64,000 nt of DNA from Hemiscyllium ocellatum. Lineage: Eukaryota. Position numbers and translations under genes: made by a program. Under the pieces are notes generated by a model. That model ran no database searches, was not told where the DNA came from, and saw nothing but the letters and a program-made list of their open reading frames with translations. The DNA lies in assembly GCF_020745735.1 (NCBI RefSeq), contig NC_083414.1, positions 44,088,013 to 44,152,012 of the forward strand, read 5' to 3'. This document shows, piece by piece, positions 12,964 through 26,197 of the stretch (its first letter is position 1; the number at the start of each line of letters is the position of its first letter).

Positions 12964-13299
12964 TTGATTCTATTTTTTTAACTATAGTTTTGGGCGTTTG
13001 ATACCAAGATACTGTGTGACTGTTCTGCCTTAGTTGATCCCACAACTTTGTATCCTGTTTGCCTCATTGAGAAGCTAAAACAACTTTGCATCATTATGAA
13101 TATAATAGAATATCTGGCTTATGAAATGCTTAATTTGCTGACAAAATATTGCTGCTTTTAAGTGCTGGGATTGTGTTGGGAAGACAGAGTTAAGGTTAAC
13201 CCTAATAACAGCCACTTCTAAATGAATATCTGGTGTGAAGTATTTAACGTGCATGAAGACAAGATAAATGAAGTAATACAATAGACTTAAGGAATCTAG

Positions 13300-13616
13300 T
13301 TTAGATTAGATTACTTACAGTGTGGAAGCAGGCCATTCGGCCCAACAAGTCCACACCGACCCTCCAAAGAGCAACCCACCCAGACCCATTCCTCTACATT
13401 TACCCCTTCACCTGACACCACAGGCAATTTAGCATGGTCAATTCACCTAACCAGCACATTTTTGGCCTGGGAGGAAACCAGAGCACCCAGAGGAAACCCA
13501 CGCAGATACGGGAAGAATGTGCAAACTCCACACAGACAGTTGCCTGAGGTGGGAATTGAACCGGGGTCTCTGGCGCTGTGAGGTAGCAGTGCTAACCACT
13601 GTGCCACCATGCCCCC
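13300..13616 (-). mobile_element. HE1-type tRNA-derived SINE
   Basis: Minus strand starts GGGGCATGGTGGCACAGTGGTTAGCACTGC. A box TGGCACAGTGG, B box GGTTCAATTCC, V-domain GTGTGGAGTTTGCACATTCT, CR1-like tail ending in (TCTAA)n. Confidence 0.92.
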
Positions 13617-13954
13617 CACAGTTGAATTGACAGATTGAAAATAGTGAGGTATGCATATCTCAGGCATACCTTTTGAGCAGCTGTGGTAGATATTAGTTTG
13701 CTCTTACCAAATTTCACTTTTTCTATATTAGCTCAATGCTACTGAATGTTCTATCATTCACTGTATTGTTATATAAACAGACAGTGCAGACCAATGTGTA
13801 AATTTTAAAACACATTAGAAATGCTCATGACTAAATATTTCAATAGCTAATAGCATTCAAATGGATATGCTCGAATTAGCAATATCCTATGAAGGATAGT
13901 CTAAGTCAGTGCACTCCAACAGGTCTCTGTGACTGATTTTTCTTTTTTTTTTAT

Positions 13955-16900
13955 CATTAATTAATTCATGGGATGTAGCTGTTGTTGACTGGAAAAGCAT
14001 TTTATTGCCCCTCACTAGTTGTCCTTAATACAGTGCCAGTGAGCTGATGTCTTGAGTGGCTACAGTCCATGGATTATAGATAGACACACAGCTGTTAGGG
14101 AGACAGTTCCAGGATTTTGACCTAGCTGAAGGAAGGATTATATATTTCCAAGTCAGGATGGGGAGTGGATGGAAGGGAATTTACAGGTGGTAGTGTCCCA
14201 CGTATCTGTTGTTCTGTCCTTCTAGCTGCAATTAATTGTGGACTGGAAGGTACTGTCTAAGTTGCTTTGGTTAATTCCTATGGTGCAGCTTGTTGATTGT
14301 AAACACTGTTGCCACTGAAAGTTGGTGATCAAGGCTGCATCATCTAGGAAGTGGGGATTTTTCCATCACACTGCTGATTTGTGCTTTGTAGATGGTGGAC
14401 AGGCTTTGTGTAGGCATTGCACTTTCTCTCACCTTTGATCTGTTTTGTGGCCACTGTATTTATATGACCAGTTCAGATTCTGGTCAATGGCAACCCCCAG
14501 GATGTTAACAGCAGAGGATTCAGTGATGATAATGCTAATGAATATCAAGTGATAATAGTTAGATTGTCTCTTGTAGGAGATGGTCTTTCTTGGTATTTGT
14601 GCAGTGTTAATGTTACTTGCCACTTCTCAGCCCAAGCCTGAATATTGTTCAGGTCCTTCTGCATTTGAACATGGACTGCTTCATTATCAGGGGAGTCATG
14701 AATGTCCGTTGTGCAATCGTCATCCTACTCTGGACATGTCTTCCTATGTGCCAGGTATGCCTTCAGCCAGGCAGAGAACTTTGGCCCTGACTCCAATTGA
14801 TTGCAATTTTGCGAGGGCTCCTCCATGCCACACTCAGTCAAATGCAACCTTCACGTCACTCTCACCTCACTTTTGGCATTCAGCTCTTTTGTCCATAGTT
14901 GAACTAAGGTCATGATGACGTCTGGATCTAAAAGGCCCTGATATAACTAAATTGGGCACGAGCAATCAGGTTATTGCCAAGTAAGTGCTGTTTGATAGCA
15001 TTGTTAATTATATCTTCTGTAATTTTACTGATTATCGAGTAGAGTGGTGGAGTGGTAATTAGTTGGGTTGTATTTGTCCTATATTTTGTGTATAGGACAT
15101 CCCTGGGCATTTTCCACCTGTTGGGCAGATGTCAGATGTAAATGTACTGAAACAGCTTGGCTAGAGATGTGGCAAGTTCTGGGGCGTATGTCATCGATAC
15201 TATTGCCAGCCTTTGCAGTATCCAGTGCCTCCAGCTATTTTTTGATATCACATGGAATGAGTCGAATTGACTGATGTTTGGAGCTGTGATTCTGGAGACC
15301 ACTGGAGGAGGCTGTAATGGATCATCCACTTGGCACTTCTGGCTGAAGATTGCTGCAAATGGTTCAGCATTATCTTTTGTACTGATGTGCCGGGCTCTTC
15401 CATCATTGAAGGTCGGGATATTTGTGGAGTTCTTGCTGCTTATGCTGCTTGGTACTCCTGTTTTGGTACTCAATGGTTTGATTCCTTCGTATTTAAGTAT
15501 GCCTGGTACTGCTCCTGGCATGCTCTTCTGCACTCTTAATTGAACCAGGGTTGATCCCTTGGCTTGATGGAAATGGTTGAGCAGGGGATTTGCTGGGCCA
15601 TGAGATTACAGATTGTGTTTCAGTACAATTCTGCTGTTGCTGATGGCCTATGACACTTCATGAATGCCCAGTCTTGAGCTGTTAGATCTACTTGCAGCCT
15701 GTCCCATTCGGCACAGTTATTAGATTACTTTTTTTTTAGATTAGATTAGATTAGATTACTTACAGTGTGGAAACAGGCCCTTCGGCCCAACAAGTCCACA
15801 CCGACCCGCCGAAGCGCACCCACCCATACCCCTACATATACCCCTTACCTAACACTATGGGCAATTTAGCATGGCCAATTCACCTGACCCGCACGTCTTT
15901 GGACTGTGGGAGGAAACCGGAGCACCGGGAGGAAACCCACGCAGACACAGGGAGAACGTGCAAACTCCACACAGTCAGTCGCCTGAGGCAGGAATTGAAC
16001 CCAGGTCCCTGGCGCTGTGAGGCAGCAGTGCTAACCACTGTGCCACCGTGCCGCCCAACAGAATGGAGGGTATTCTTGATGTAAAAGTGGCATGCAGTGG
16101 TCACTCTTACTGAGCCTGTCATTGACAGGTGCAGTTATGGCAAGCAGATTGAAGAGGATGAGGTCAAGTTTGTCTTTACCTCTCGTTAGTTCCCTCACAA
16201 TATACTTTTGGACCTTACCAGCTCAATCAGTATTGCTGTTACCGAACCAGTCTTGCTGACTCATCAAATCTCCTGCCAGAGTACATTTTGGACTCTTGCC
16301 ACCCTCAGCACTTTGTCCAAGTGGTGTTCAACGTGGAGGAGTACATCAGCCAAGTGGGTATGTGGTAGTCATCAGGATGTTTTCTTGCCCATGTTTGATC
16401 TGATGCTGTGAAAATTCAAGGGATCTGGAATCAGTATTCCAGGGCAACTCCCTCTCAATTGCATATCATTACTGATCTCGTCTTCGCTAGTGGGCCAGGA
16501 CATATCTTTAAGTATGATTCCATGATCATGGCAATGTTAGCTAATTAATTGGTGAGATAACTCTCCCAATTTTGTCATTAGCCCTCCAGATGTTAGTAAG
16601 GAGGGCTTGCAGGGTCAACTGGGGTGTATTTATTGTTTCCAGTGTCTTAGTTCTCTGGTTTCAGTTTGTTTTGAGACTTTCCAGCAACTGAGTGCCTCAG
16701 TTCAGTGTCAAACACATTGCTGTGGGTCAGGTGTCACATGAAGACCAGACCAGGTAAGGATGGCAAAATTCCTCCCAAAAGAACATTAGTGAACCAGATG
16801 GCTTTTCCTGACATTTGACAAGAGTTTCATGGTCATCACTTTTCATTCTTGATTTTTTTAAATTTCAAATTCCACCATCTGCCATGGTGGGACTTGAATG

Positions 16901-16965
16901 CAGGACTCCAGAACAATATCTGGGTCATTGGATCAGTGACAACAGCACTGGGCCATCACCTTCTC
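13955..16965 (-). mobile_element. Near-full-length decayed CR1/L2-group non-LTR retrotransposon with tRNA-like 5' head
   Basis: Frameshifted APE + RT remnants: NIW..PKLGELSH near the 5' end; HISTKDNAEPFAAIFSQKCQVDDP; APELATSLAKLFQY; SIISKITEDIINNAIKQHLLGNNLIARAQF; NILGVAIDQNLNW. The 3' tail matches 40230-40285 and 50345-50410. Confidence 0.85.
15737..16056 (-). mobile_element. HE1-type tRNA-derived SINE nested in the LINE
   Basis: GGGCGGCACGGTGGCACAGTGGTTAGCACTGCTGCCTCACAGCGCCAGGGACC start on the minus strand, A and B boxes, V-domain, (TCTAA)n tail; CpG-rich, so young. Confidence 0.95.
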
Positions 16966-17330
16966 AACTATGTTTACATTATGTTTGATAATGATTCTCA
17001 AACTTTCACTTACCTTCTGAGACATATTGATGTGATGAAATTTTGAACAATTCTGCAATTGAATTGTTTGTAGAATTCAGAATAAAGTTCTCAATTGAAG
17101 CTGTATTTACTGATGCTTTGCATGCTTTTTAAAATAATTTATATCTGGTATGGAAAATCATCAAATAACGACATGTTATTATATTATCAAAGTGGAATAC
17201 ATTAGGTAGATGTTGATACACCCGATGGAGTTTCACTAAGGATTGAAGTGGCATACTTTGCAAATGTCTTGAACAATGAAAATCCTTGCACAAGGTCATG
17301 GGTCAACAGCATGATTGGGAATGACTACTC

Positions 17331-17413
17331 CCTCCTGCAGTAAAATCTAATTCGTTTGCTTAGAAATCATTACCTCCTGCAGTAAAATCGAGATTGTTTG
17401 CTTCTAAGTCATT
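17331..17413. repeat. Diverged 42-bp tandem duplication
   Basis: CCTCCTGCAGTAAAATC...GTTTGCTT...TCATT starts at 17331 and at 17373. Confidence 0.85.
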
Positions 17414-18559
17414 GAATGACAACACTTAATTTAATTGGCTCATCTGCTATAAACAAATGATCTTTCAATTAGTTTGGTATTGTTATGAAACAGGTGGAAA
17501 GTATTTATCATGGGGTTATTCAATCACCGAGCTTCAGCTTTGAGAGAAGTTTAACCTTTGAAAAATAAATAACCAGACAAGCTTGGCCCTGCAGAAAATT
17601 GATCAGTGCAATTGTTGCCAAGATGAGAGATCATGCAAAAAATACACAAATTATGAAATACAATATAAATATTATTCAAAATGTATTATTTTAAAGTTTC
17701 AAAATATGCTTCAAATGTTATTTTTTATAAGTTAAAAGTATTTCTTCCCTCTTTGTGTTAATATAAAATGTTAATTTCATAAATAGAATGTTGTCAAGAG
17801 TAGTTAACAAATGAATAAGCTTTTAATTAATAAATTTGCTATTCTGATGCTGGACAGACATTTCAGAGATGATGTGTGGTGTTACTGCTTGATTTGGCAT
17901 CATACAGAAATCTAAACACAGCTAACTCAAAGGGAATTGTGCAGGAAATGGAAAATTTCAATTGGAAATTCCCCAGTGTCTGGAACCCTCTGAAAATGAC
18001 TTAAAATGCAGAGATTTTGAAGGGTTCTAACACAATTAAGCTAACTTCAAGGAAACTGGAAGCTAAACCCCTGACTCATAACTGACCCGCTCACCTAAGT
18101 CTTTCCAAGCTGACCAGACTAGATCCTGACTTGTCAAACCTGCTAATCAGCCCTATGCCAATTCCACCAGATCTTACACTTGACCCTCATCTGTTGGACT
18201 GGATTTCACTGGACCTGATACCCACCTCACCCTCTTTGACCTGACATTACCACGCCTGGCACCCATTTACCCTCCCCTGACTTGAAACCCATACCTACCT
18301 GTACCACTCATCTACTTGCCTGGCAACCTACCTTTCCTCACCCACCTGGCACCTCCTGCTTACCTTCCTAATCCCTTGCCCACTTGTCATTCTGTCCCTT
18401 CAACAATTTGCCACCCTCAGTCATGTAGCATACCACCCTTTTGCTCTCTTTTTACACCACCCAATTGTCCACCTGGTACCATACTCTCTCACCTAGTTGT
18501 CTCTTGCATCCACACCCTTCCCACCTTACCCCCCCCCCCTAAATTACCTTCCTTTAATC

Positions 18560-18875
18560 TGGCTAGAGTGGATGTGGAGAAGATATTTTCATTATTTGGA
18601 AAGACAAGGACCCAAGGAAATAGCTTCAAAATGAAACAACAATGCTTTAGAACTGAGATGAGGAGGAATTTCTTCAGCCAGAGGGTGGTGAATCTGTGGA
18701 ACTCATTGCCATAGAGGGCAATGGAGATGAACTCATTGAGTATATTTAAGACAGAGATAGATGGGTTCTTGATTAGTAAGGGGGTCAAAGATTACAGGCA
18801 GGAGAATAGGGCTGGGTAGCATTTCAGACGGAACAGACTCGATGGGCCAAATGCCCTAATTCTACACCTGTGATA
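18560..18875 (+). mobile_element. CR1 LINE 3' fragment
   Basis: RVDVEKIFSLFGKTRTQGNSFKMKQQCFRTEMRRNFFSQRVVNLWNSLP (CR1 ORF2 C-terminus) followed by 3' UTR with GATGGGCCAAATGCCCTAATTCT. Confidence 0.9.
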
Positions 18876-19244
18876 TAATTTTATAGTATTATATTGTTGT
18901 CCTTTGAAGGTAGTTTCTAAAATGTCTGCTGGACATTTAAACTGAACAATACAACGTTCAGCTGTATGCAAGTGAGTGTGGTTTTGATGCCGATCTCCTC
19001 CACTGCTAGATTCAAGAATTCCTGAGCCAGTTTGTATCAGAAAGCCTTTGTCTGATTAAACGAGTTAATGGTCTATTTAAAAAAATGCTCAATTGCTATT
19101 TGATGTCTTCTGTGCTGGAGATTGCTGGCCCAGTTTTTACCAGAAGTCCCCTGTCCAGGGATTTCCAGTACAGATGACATCAAATAGTAAGCCGGCATTT
19201 TTAAAAATTGGATTATTTCTGACACTAATTGAAATCTTTGGGTT

Positions 19245-19380
19245 ACTTAATGGTAAGGTCCTAGGGAGTGTTACTGAACAAAGAGACCTTGGAGTGCAGG
19301 TTCATAGCTCCTTGAAAGTGGAGTCGCAGGCAGGATAGTGAAGAAGACATTTGGTATGCTTTCTTTTATTGGTCAGAGTA
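19245..19380 (+). mobile_element. Isolated internal CR1 ORF2 fragment
   Basis: LNGKVLGSVTEQRDLGVQVHSSLKVESQ; reverse-complement homologue of 20099-20236. Confidence 0.88.
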
Positions 19381-19499
19381 CCTCAATTCACACTCAATTA
19401 CTTTGTACATGTTATCTTTTTACTTGTTGTACATCAGTTAATTACACATGCGTATGGTATGCAATTATTATTTTGTCCTTTTATTTTCCATTGAAAATT

Positions 19500-22400
19500 G
19501 TAGAGTCACAGAGTCATAGAGATGTACAGAATGGAAGCAGACCCTTTGGTCCAACCCATCCATGCCGACCAGATATCCCAACCCAACCTAGTCCCACCTG
19601 CCAGCACCCAGTCCATATCCCTCCAAACCCTTCCTATCCAAATGCCTTTTAAATGTTGCAATTATACCAGCCTCCGCAACTTCTTCTTATTCTTCCATAC
19701 ATGTACCACCTTTTGTGTGAAAAGGTTGCCCCCTAGGTCTCTTTTATATTTTTCCCCTCTCACCCTAAACCTATACCCCCTCTAGTTCTGGATTCCCCGA
19801 CCCTTGGGGAAAGACTTTGTCCATTTATCCAATCCATCCCCTCATGATTTTGTAAACCTCTATAAGGTCACCCCTCAGCCTCCGACAGTCCAGACAAAAC
19901 AGCCCCAGCCTGTTCAGCCTCTTCCCAAAGATCAAATCCTCCAACCCTGGAAGCATATTTGTAAATTTTTCTGAACCCTTTCAAGTTTCACAACATCTTT
20001 CCGATAGGAAGAAGACAAGAACTGCATGTAATATTGCAACAGAGGTCTAACCAATGTCCTGTACAGCCGCAACTTGACCTCCCAACTCCTGTACTCGATA
20101 CTCTGACCAATAAAGGAAAGCATACCAAACACCTTCTTCACTATCCTATCTACCTGTGACTCCACTTTCAAGGAGCTATGAACCTACGCTAAGGTCTCTT
20201 TGTTCAGCAACACTCCTGAGGACCTTACCATTAAGTGTATTAGTTTTGCTAAGATTTGCTTTCCCAAAATGCAACACCTCGCATTTATCTGAATTAAACT
20301 CCATCTGCCACTTCTTAGCTCATTGGCCCATCTGATCAAGATCCTCTTATAATCTGAGGTAACCTTCTTCGCTATCCACTACACCTCCAATTTTGGTGCA
20401 AACTTACTAACTATACCTCTTATGCTCACATCCAAATCATTTATATAAATGATGGAAAGTAGAGGACACAACACCAGTCCTTGTGGCACTCCACTGGTCA
20501 CAGGCCTCCAGTCTGAAAAACAACTCTCCACCACCACCCTTTGTGTTCTACCTTTGAGCTAGTTCTCCGTGTATTCTGCGAGATCTAATGTTGCTAAATA
20601 GTCTATCATGGGGAACCTTGTTGAACGCTTACTGAAGTCCATATAGATCACATCTACTGCTCTGCCCTCATCAAAAAACTCTTCTTCAAAAAATTCAATC
20701 AAATTTGTGAGACATGATTTCCCACGCACAAAGCCATGTTGACTATCTCCAATCAGTCCTTACCTTTCCAAATACATGTACATCCTGTCCCTCAGGATTC
20801 CCTTCAACAACTTGTCCTTACCACCCCTCTTAAACAGTGGCACCATGTTTGCCAACCTCTAGTCTTCCGGCACCCCACCTGTGCCTATCGATGATACAAA
20901 TATCTCAGCAAGAGGCCCAGCAATCACTTCTCTAGTTTCCCACAGAGTTCTAGGGCCCACCTGATCAGTCCTGGGGATTTATTAACCTTTATGCATTTCA
21001 AGACATCCAGCACTTCCTGCTCTCTAAGCTGTGCATTTTTCAAGATGTCACCATCTATTCCCCTCCATTCTATATCTTCCATGTCCTTTTCCATAGTAAA
21101 TACTGATGCAAAACACTCGTATCTCTCCCATTTTCTGTGGCTTCACACAAAGGCCGCCTTGCTGATCTTTGAGGGGCCCTTTTGTCCTTAATGTATTTGT
21201 AAAATCCCTTTGGATTTGCCTTAGTTCTATTTGCCAAAGCTCTCTCATATCCCCTTTTTGCCTTCCTGATTTCCCTCTTAAGTATACTCCTACTTCCTTT
21301 GTACTCCTCTAAGGATTCACTCGATCTATTCTGTCTATGCCTAACATATGCTACCTTCTTTTTTTCTTAATCAAACCCCCAATTTCTTTAGTCATCCAGC
21401 ATTCTCTATACCTACCAGCCTTTCCTTTCACTCTGACAGGAATATACTTTCTCTGGATTCTCATTATCTAATATCTGAAGGCTTCCCATATTCCGGCCGT
21501 CACTTTACCTGCGAATATCTGCCCCCAATCAGCTTTTTTGAAAGTTCTTACCTAATACCATCAAAATTGCCTTTCTCCAATTTAGAAATTCAACTTTTAG
21601 AACTAGTCTATCCTTTTCCATCACTATTTTAAATCTAATAGAATTATGGTTGCTGGCCCCAAAATGCTCCCCCACTGGCACCTCCGTCACCTGCCCTGCC
21701 TTACTTCCCTAGAGTAGGTCAAGTTTTGCATCTTCTCTAGTAGATACATCCACATACTGAATCAGAAAATTTTCTTGTACACACTTAAAAATTCCTCTCC
21801 ATCTAAACCCTTAACACTGCGGCAGACCCAGTCTATGTTCGGAAAGTTAACATCCTCTACCATTACCACCCTATTATTCTTACAGACAGCTGAGATCTCC
21901 TTATAAGTTTGTTTCTCAATTTCCCTCTGACTATGGGGGGGGGGGGGGGGGGGGGGGGGGGTCTATAATACAATCCCAATAAGGTGATTTTCTCATTTCT
22001 CAGTTCCACCCAAATAGCTTCCCAGGATGTATTTTTGGGAATATCCTCCCTCAGTACAGCTGTAATGCTATCCCTTATCAAAAACGCCACTCCCCCTCCT
22101 CTCTTGCCTCCCTTTCTATCCTTCCTGTAGCATTTGTATCCTGGAACATTAAGCTGCCAGTCCTGCCCTTCCCTGAGCCATGTTATTGTAATTGCTATGA
22201 TATCCCAGTCCCATGTTCCTAACCATGCCCTGAGTTTATCTGCCTTCCCTGTTAGGCCCCTTGCATTGAAATAAATGCAGTTTAATTTATTAGTCCTACC
22301 TTTTCCCTGACTGTTTGCCTGACTTCTGTTCTCAACTGTACCAGTGTCAGATTGATCTCTTTCCTCACTATCACCCCTTGCAGCCCCCCCCCCCCCCCAC

Positions 22401-23528
22401 CTTGCTAATTTAAATTGTCCCGAGAAGCTCTAGCAAATTGCCAGTACATTAGTCCCCTTCCAATTTACGTGCAAACTGTCCTTCTTGTACAGGTCACTTC
22501 TACCCCAAAAGAGATTCCAATGATCCAAGAATGTGAATCATTCCACCATCCACTAGCTCTTCAGCCATGCATTCATCTGCTCTATCCTCCTATTCCTGCC
22601 CTCACAAGCTTGTAGCACTGGGAGTAATCCAGATACTACTACTCTTGTGGACCTCTTTTTTAAAATTCCTGCCTAATTCTCTGTAATCTCCCTTCAGAAT
22701 CACAACCTTTTCCCTTCCTAAGTTGTTGGTTCCAAGTGGACAATGACCCCTTGCTGGCCCCTTTCCCCCTTGAGAACATTCTGCACCCTCTCTTAGACAT
22801 CCTTCATCCTGGCACCAGGGAAGCAACACACCATTCTGATTGTTTGCTGCTGGCCACAGAAACATCTGTCTGTACCTTGGACTAGAGAATCCCCTAACAC
22901 AATTCATCTCTTGGAACCCGACGTACCCCTCGTTGCATTAGAGCCAGTCTCAATACCAGAAACTTTGCTATTCGTACCACGTTCTCCTGTGAATCCATCA
23001 CCCCGTACATGTTCCAAACAGCATACCTGTTTGAAATGGGGATAGCCACAGAAGACTCCTGCACTACCTGCCTACCTCTCGTACCTTTCCTGGAGTTAAC
23101 CCATCTATGTGAATATATCTGAAACGTCCCCCCTTCCTCTAACTGCCATCCATCACATACCATTGCTGTTGCAAATTCCTCATTGCCTCTAACTGCCTCT
23201 CCAACTGATCCATTCGATCTGATAGGATTTGCAACCAACAGCATTTATTGCAGATATAATCTGCAGTAACCCTTAAACTCTCTTTAAACTCCCACATCTG
23301 ACAAGAAGCATATATCACTCTACTAAAGGCCATTTTTGCTCCTTCACAATCTACAGACCCAGAAAATAACACTGTCTTATTCCTCTACAAAATACTGCCC
23401 CAGGTTAAGTTAATAGTTATGGCTTCTATTTTAAGTTTAATCAAGAGAAATATCTCAATAAACATATAATCAAGAAAGAACCCACTCTACTCACTACTGC
23501 AGACTTTCTGTGGGCCACACTTAAAACA
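19500..23528 (-). mobile_element. Near-full-length CR1 LINE (HER1-like), decayed ORF1 + ORF2
   Basis: ORF1 from ATG at 23333: MAFSRVIYASCQMWE...DYICNKCCWLQILSDRMDQLERQLEAMR (zinc finger/leucine zipper), then an esterase region (FPGARMKDV..., GTNNLGREK). ORF2 has APE (CIYFNARGL; EAIWVELRN...LGLYYRPP) and RT/C-terminal remnants (LYRTLVRPLL...KDVVKLERVQK). Tail is (CTCTATGA)n at ~19500-19521. There are internal deletions and frameshifts. Confidence 0.93.
21935..21961 (+). repeat. G27 homopolymer
   Basis: 27 consecutive G at the YRPP codons of the CR1 endonuclease. Confidence 0.95.
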
Positions 23529-24000
23529 TTACTTGTAATAAATAGTATTACTTTTAAAGTAGTACTTCAGAAATCTGGTCAGTGTTCTCTGTTAGCTTAA
23601 CTACCAGAAAGATAGAGGGCTTTGCATACTTTGATTGAATCATTACCTTTTCTGGTGACCCTGGGAGTAGTGGAACATGAGAATCATACACTTTCTCAAG
23701 TTGGTCGTAACAGCACACAAAAATGCGTAGCAACAGTATTATAATGCAAGGTGTCAGTGTATTCAAAAGTGCAGTGCTGTAGTGTTATCTGTATGTTCAG
23801 TGGGTCACAGATGTGTCATGATTATGTGGTAAGGCCAGTGCAAATTTTTCTGACCCTATAGTATTTTTTCAAATGATTTATCATTTTTCTGCTCATGCCA
23901 TGCTAGAATTGTACAGGTATCATGAATGCCATTTTGTCATCAAAACAGTCACTCTGTGGGAACTACAGAGTTCGGTCTCTTTGTCTATTCTATCACATTT

Positions 24001-24768
24001 TGTTATGATCCCAGCTGATAGTAATACTGGACAAGTCAGATCCTAGAATGAAATCTCACTGGATAGGTCATAATTTTTATTTTTTCAGTTTGGTTACCAA
24101 GGAGATCTGTCACTGAACTTCATCATATGAGGATGCCAATGACCACAAAAGACCATAAGTTTATTGCATTTATAGCATTGTTCTCTTTCGTGTAAGACAG
24201 TTTCGAAAAATCGTACAATAAACAGCAAAAAGAAAAGCTCGACTCTTTTCTCAGTACTATCCTTAACAGACTAACTCCTATGTATTATCACTTCTACAAT
24301 AACACTTCAATTTCACATGTAGCTGAGAAAGATTACAAGGATTTCCCTGCAGCAGATGTGATTTTCTCTGTTGCTGTTCCTAACGAAACACTAAGAAGCT
24401 ACTAAAACAATTTGAAGATTTCTTTCCAGTTCTGAATGCCTGGACTGCTCAAACTAATTTGCTCTTCTGCTGGCATGAAACTTCCTCTCAACTGAAACCT
24501 GATTGTGGCTTCTGTTTTGTCTTTCTGTAAGTTATGAAACTAACTTTGTAAAAGTTTTATTGATTAACTCCCCCAGATAGTTTGATGATTTACAAATATG
24601 ACATATCCTGTTAAAAATAAAGTTTGAAATTACTGTTCATAAAAGACTTCTTGTCCTCTTCAAAAAACAAGTTACACTCACAGAACTGGAACTAAAAACC
24701 CATTTAACTATAAAATCAAAATCCCAAAATGGTAATAACATTATAAACTTTTATTGCAGCTTCGTAAT
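24001..24768. mobile_element. Probable decayed solo LTR
   Basis: Starts TGTTATGA and ends TCGTAAT (imperfect inverted termini); ~770 bp, non-coding; resembles shark LTR families from recall. Confidence 0.4.
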
Positions 24769-25569
24769 TGTAAATATTTCTTGTAGGTTATATTTCATCT
24801 TCCCTTTTCAAGAGAAAAGCAATTTTGCCAATTCATGCATTCCTGACGTGATCTTGCAAATGCACTGCTAATGTTATTTTTCCAGTGTGTTGAGGCAGTT
24901 GCTCCAAGTCTCTGAAACTGCTAGGATTACGGTGTTTACTGCCCACTAACCCTTGATCTTAGTCTTAGGTCTGAAATTTTGCTCCTCCAACACAGCCTAA
25001 GTCTGAGATGGCATGTTAGATTAATTTTGATGTCTGTGTTCTCCATATTGCAAAGAGATATCCCAGGTCAGGAAAATGAGCCATGGAAGCATGGTCTGAG
25101 TGAATTGGAGATGTGCCATGAACATTCTTAGAGGCTGGCACATGATGATATTGGATGCATGTGGGTCAGTGCCCATGGCCCAGATGCCTGAGATTTAGTG
25201 CCCATTGTCCAACATGAAGATCCTTTCGAGCAATTGGTAAGCTGAAGTCTCCAGGTATCCTGCTCTAACTTTCATGCAAAAATTTTCAATGTCTAGTTTA
25301 TTTGGTTGAATTGGTTCGAGAGAGAGCTGAATAACAATGAGGCGAGTAATGGTGTGAATAAAAAAAACCTCTTTTAATCCTCTTTAATTGGCAACTTGTT
25401 ATTGTCCCGCGAGAACCTACCTTGTCACTTGGCAAATGCGTAAAAGATGCAGTGGGATGTTCTTAACAATAAGATAGGCCTCATCAGCGTTTTAATACAA
25501 TTCTGTCATAAATCTCATCAAAGCTCACATCACCCAGTTTCATTTAAGATTCTGCTCAACAATATAGGA

Positions 25570-26190
25570 CAAAATAAATTAGTGTTTGTAAAATGTTAGG
25601 TTAACAGATTAAAGTCAGAATAGAATCGTTGAGGACAAATGATATTTGACTAACAGAATTGAGTACTTGGATGAAGCAACAGCTGAATCATTCTTGAGGG
25701 TAGTAACGCTATTGTTATATATCTTGACTTGTTGAAAGCATTCAACAAAGTATCCCATAATACACATGTTAGCCAAGTTAAAGTCCACAGGATGCAGCAT
25801 GAATGAAAAATTGGTTCGGGGCAGAACTAAGAAAGTACTGATTTTACAATTGCTTTTCATACTGGAACTAAAAGTTTACCACCATTTGCCATTCGGCCCA
25901 CTGCTCACTTTGATATACATTAATGTCCAGGACTTGACAACACAAGGCATACTTTCAAAGTTCGCAGATAATAAAAAAAAACTCAGAAATCCTGGTGAAC
26001 AATGTGGAGAAACAGACATCAGAAGAACATTACCAGACTGGCAATATGGACAGACATGTCAGATTAAATTTAATATAATGCAGTATGAAGTGATGCATGT
26101 TGGTAAAGAGAATGAAGGGAGGCAACATGAACAGAATTGTACAATTCTAAAACTGTGCAGGGACAGTCCGAGGTGTAGGAAACATGTCAT
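25570..26190 (+). mobile_element. Old CR1 ORF2 (RT) fragment
   Basis: YLDLLKAFNKVSH (cf. YLDFQKAFDKVPH), GPLLTLIYINVQDL...ILSKFADNKK, QIKFNIMQYEVMHVGKEN. Further CR1-like sequence resumes at ~27925-28040 and ~28330-28510. Confidence 0.75.
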
Positions 26191-26197
26191 TGAAAGT

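Noticed and set aside
13560-13616. tRNA genes at SINE heads (also 16000-16056 and 63765-63835)
   Set aside because: A and B boxes continue into SINE body and tail; no complete cloverleaf.
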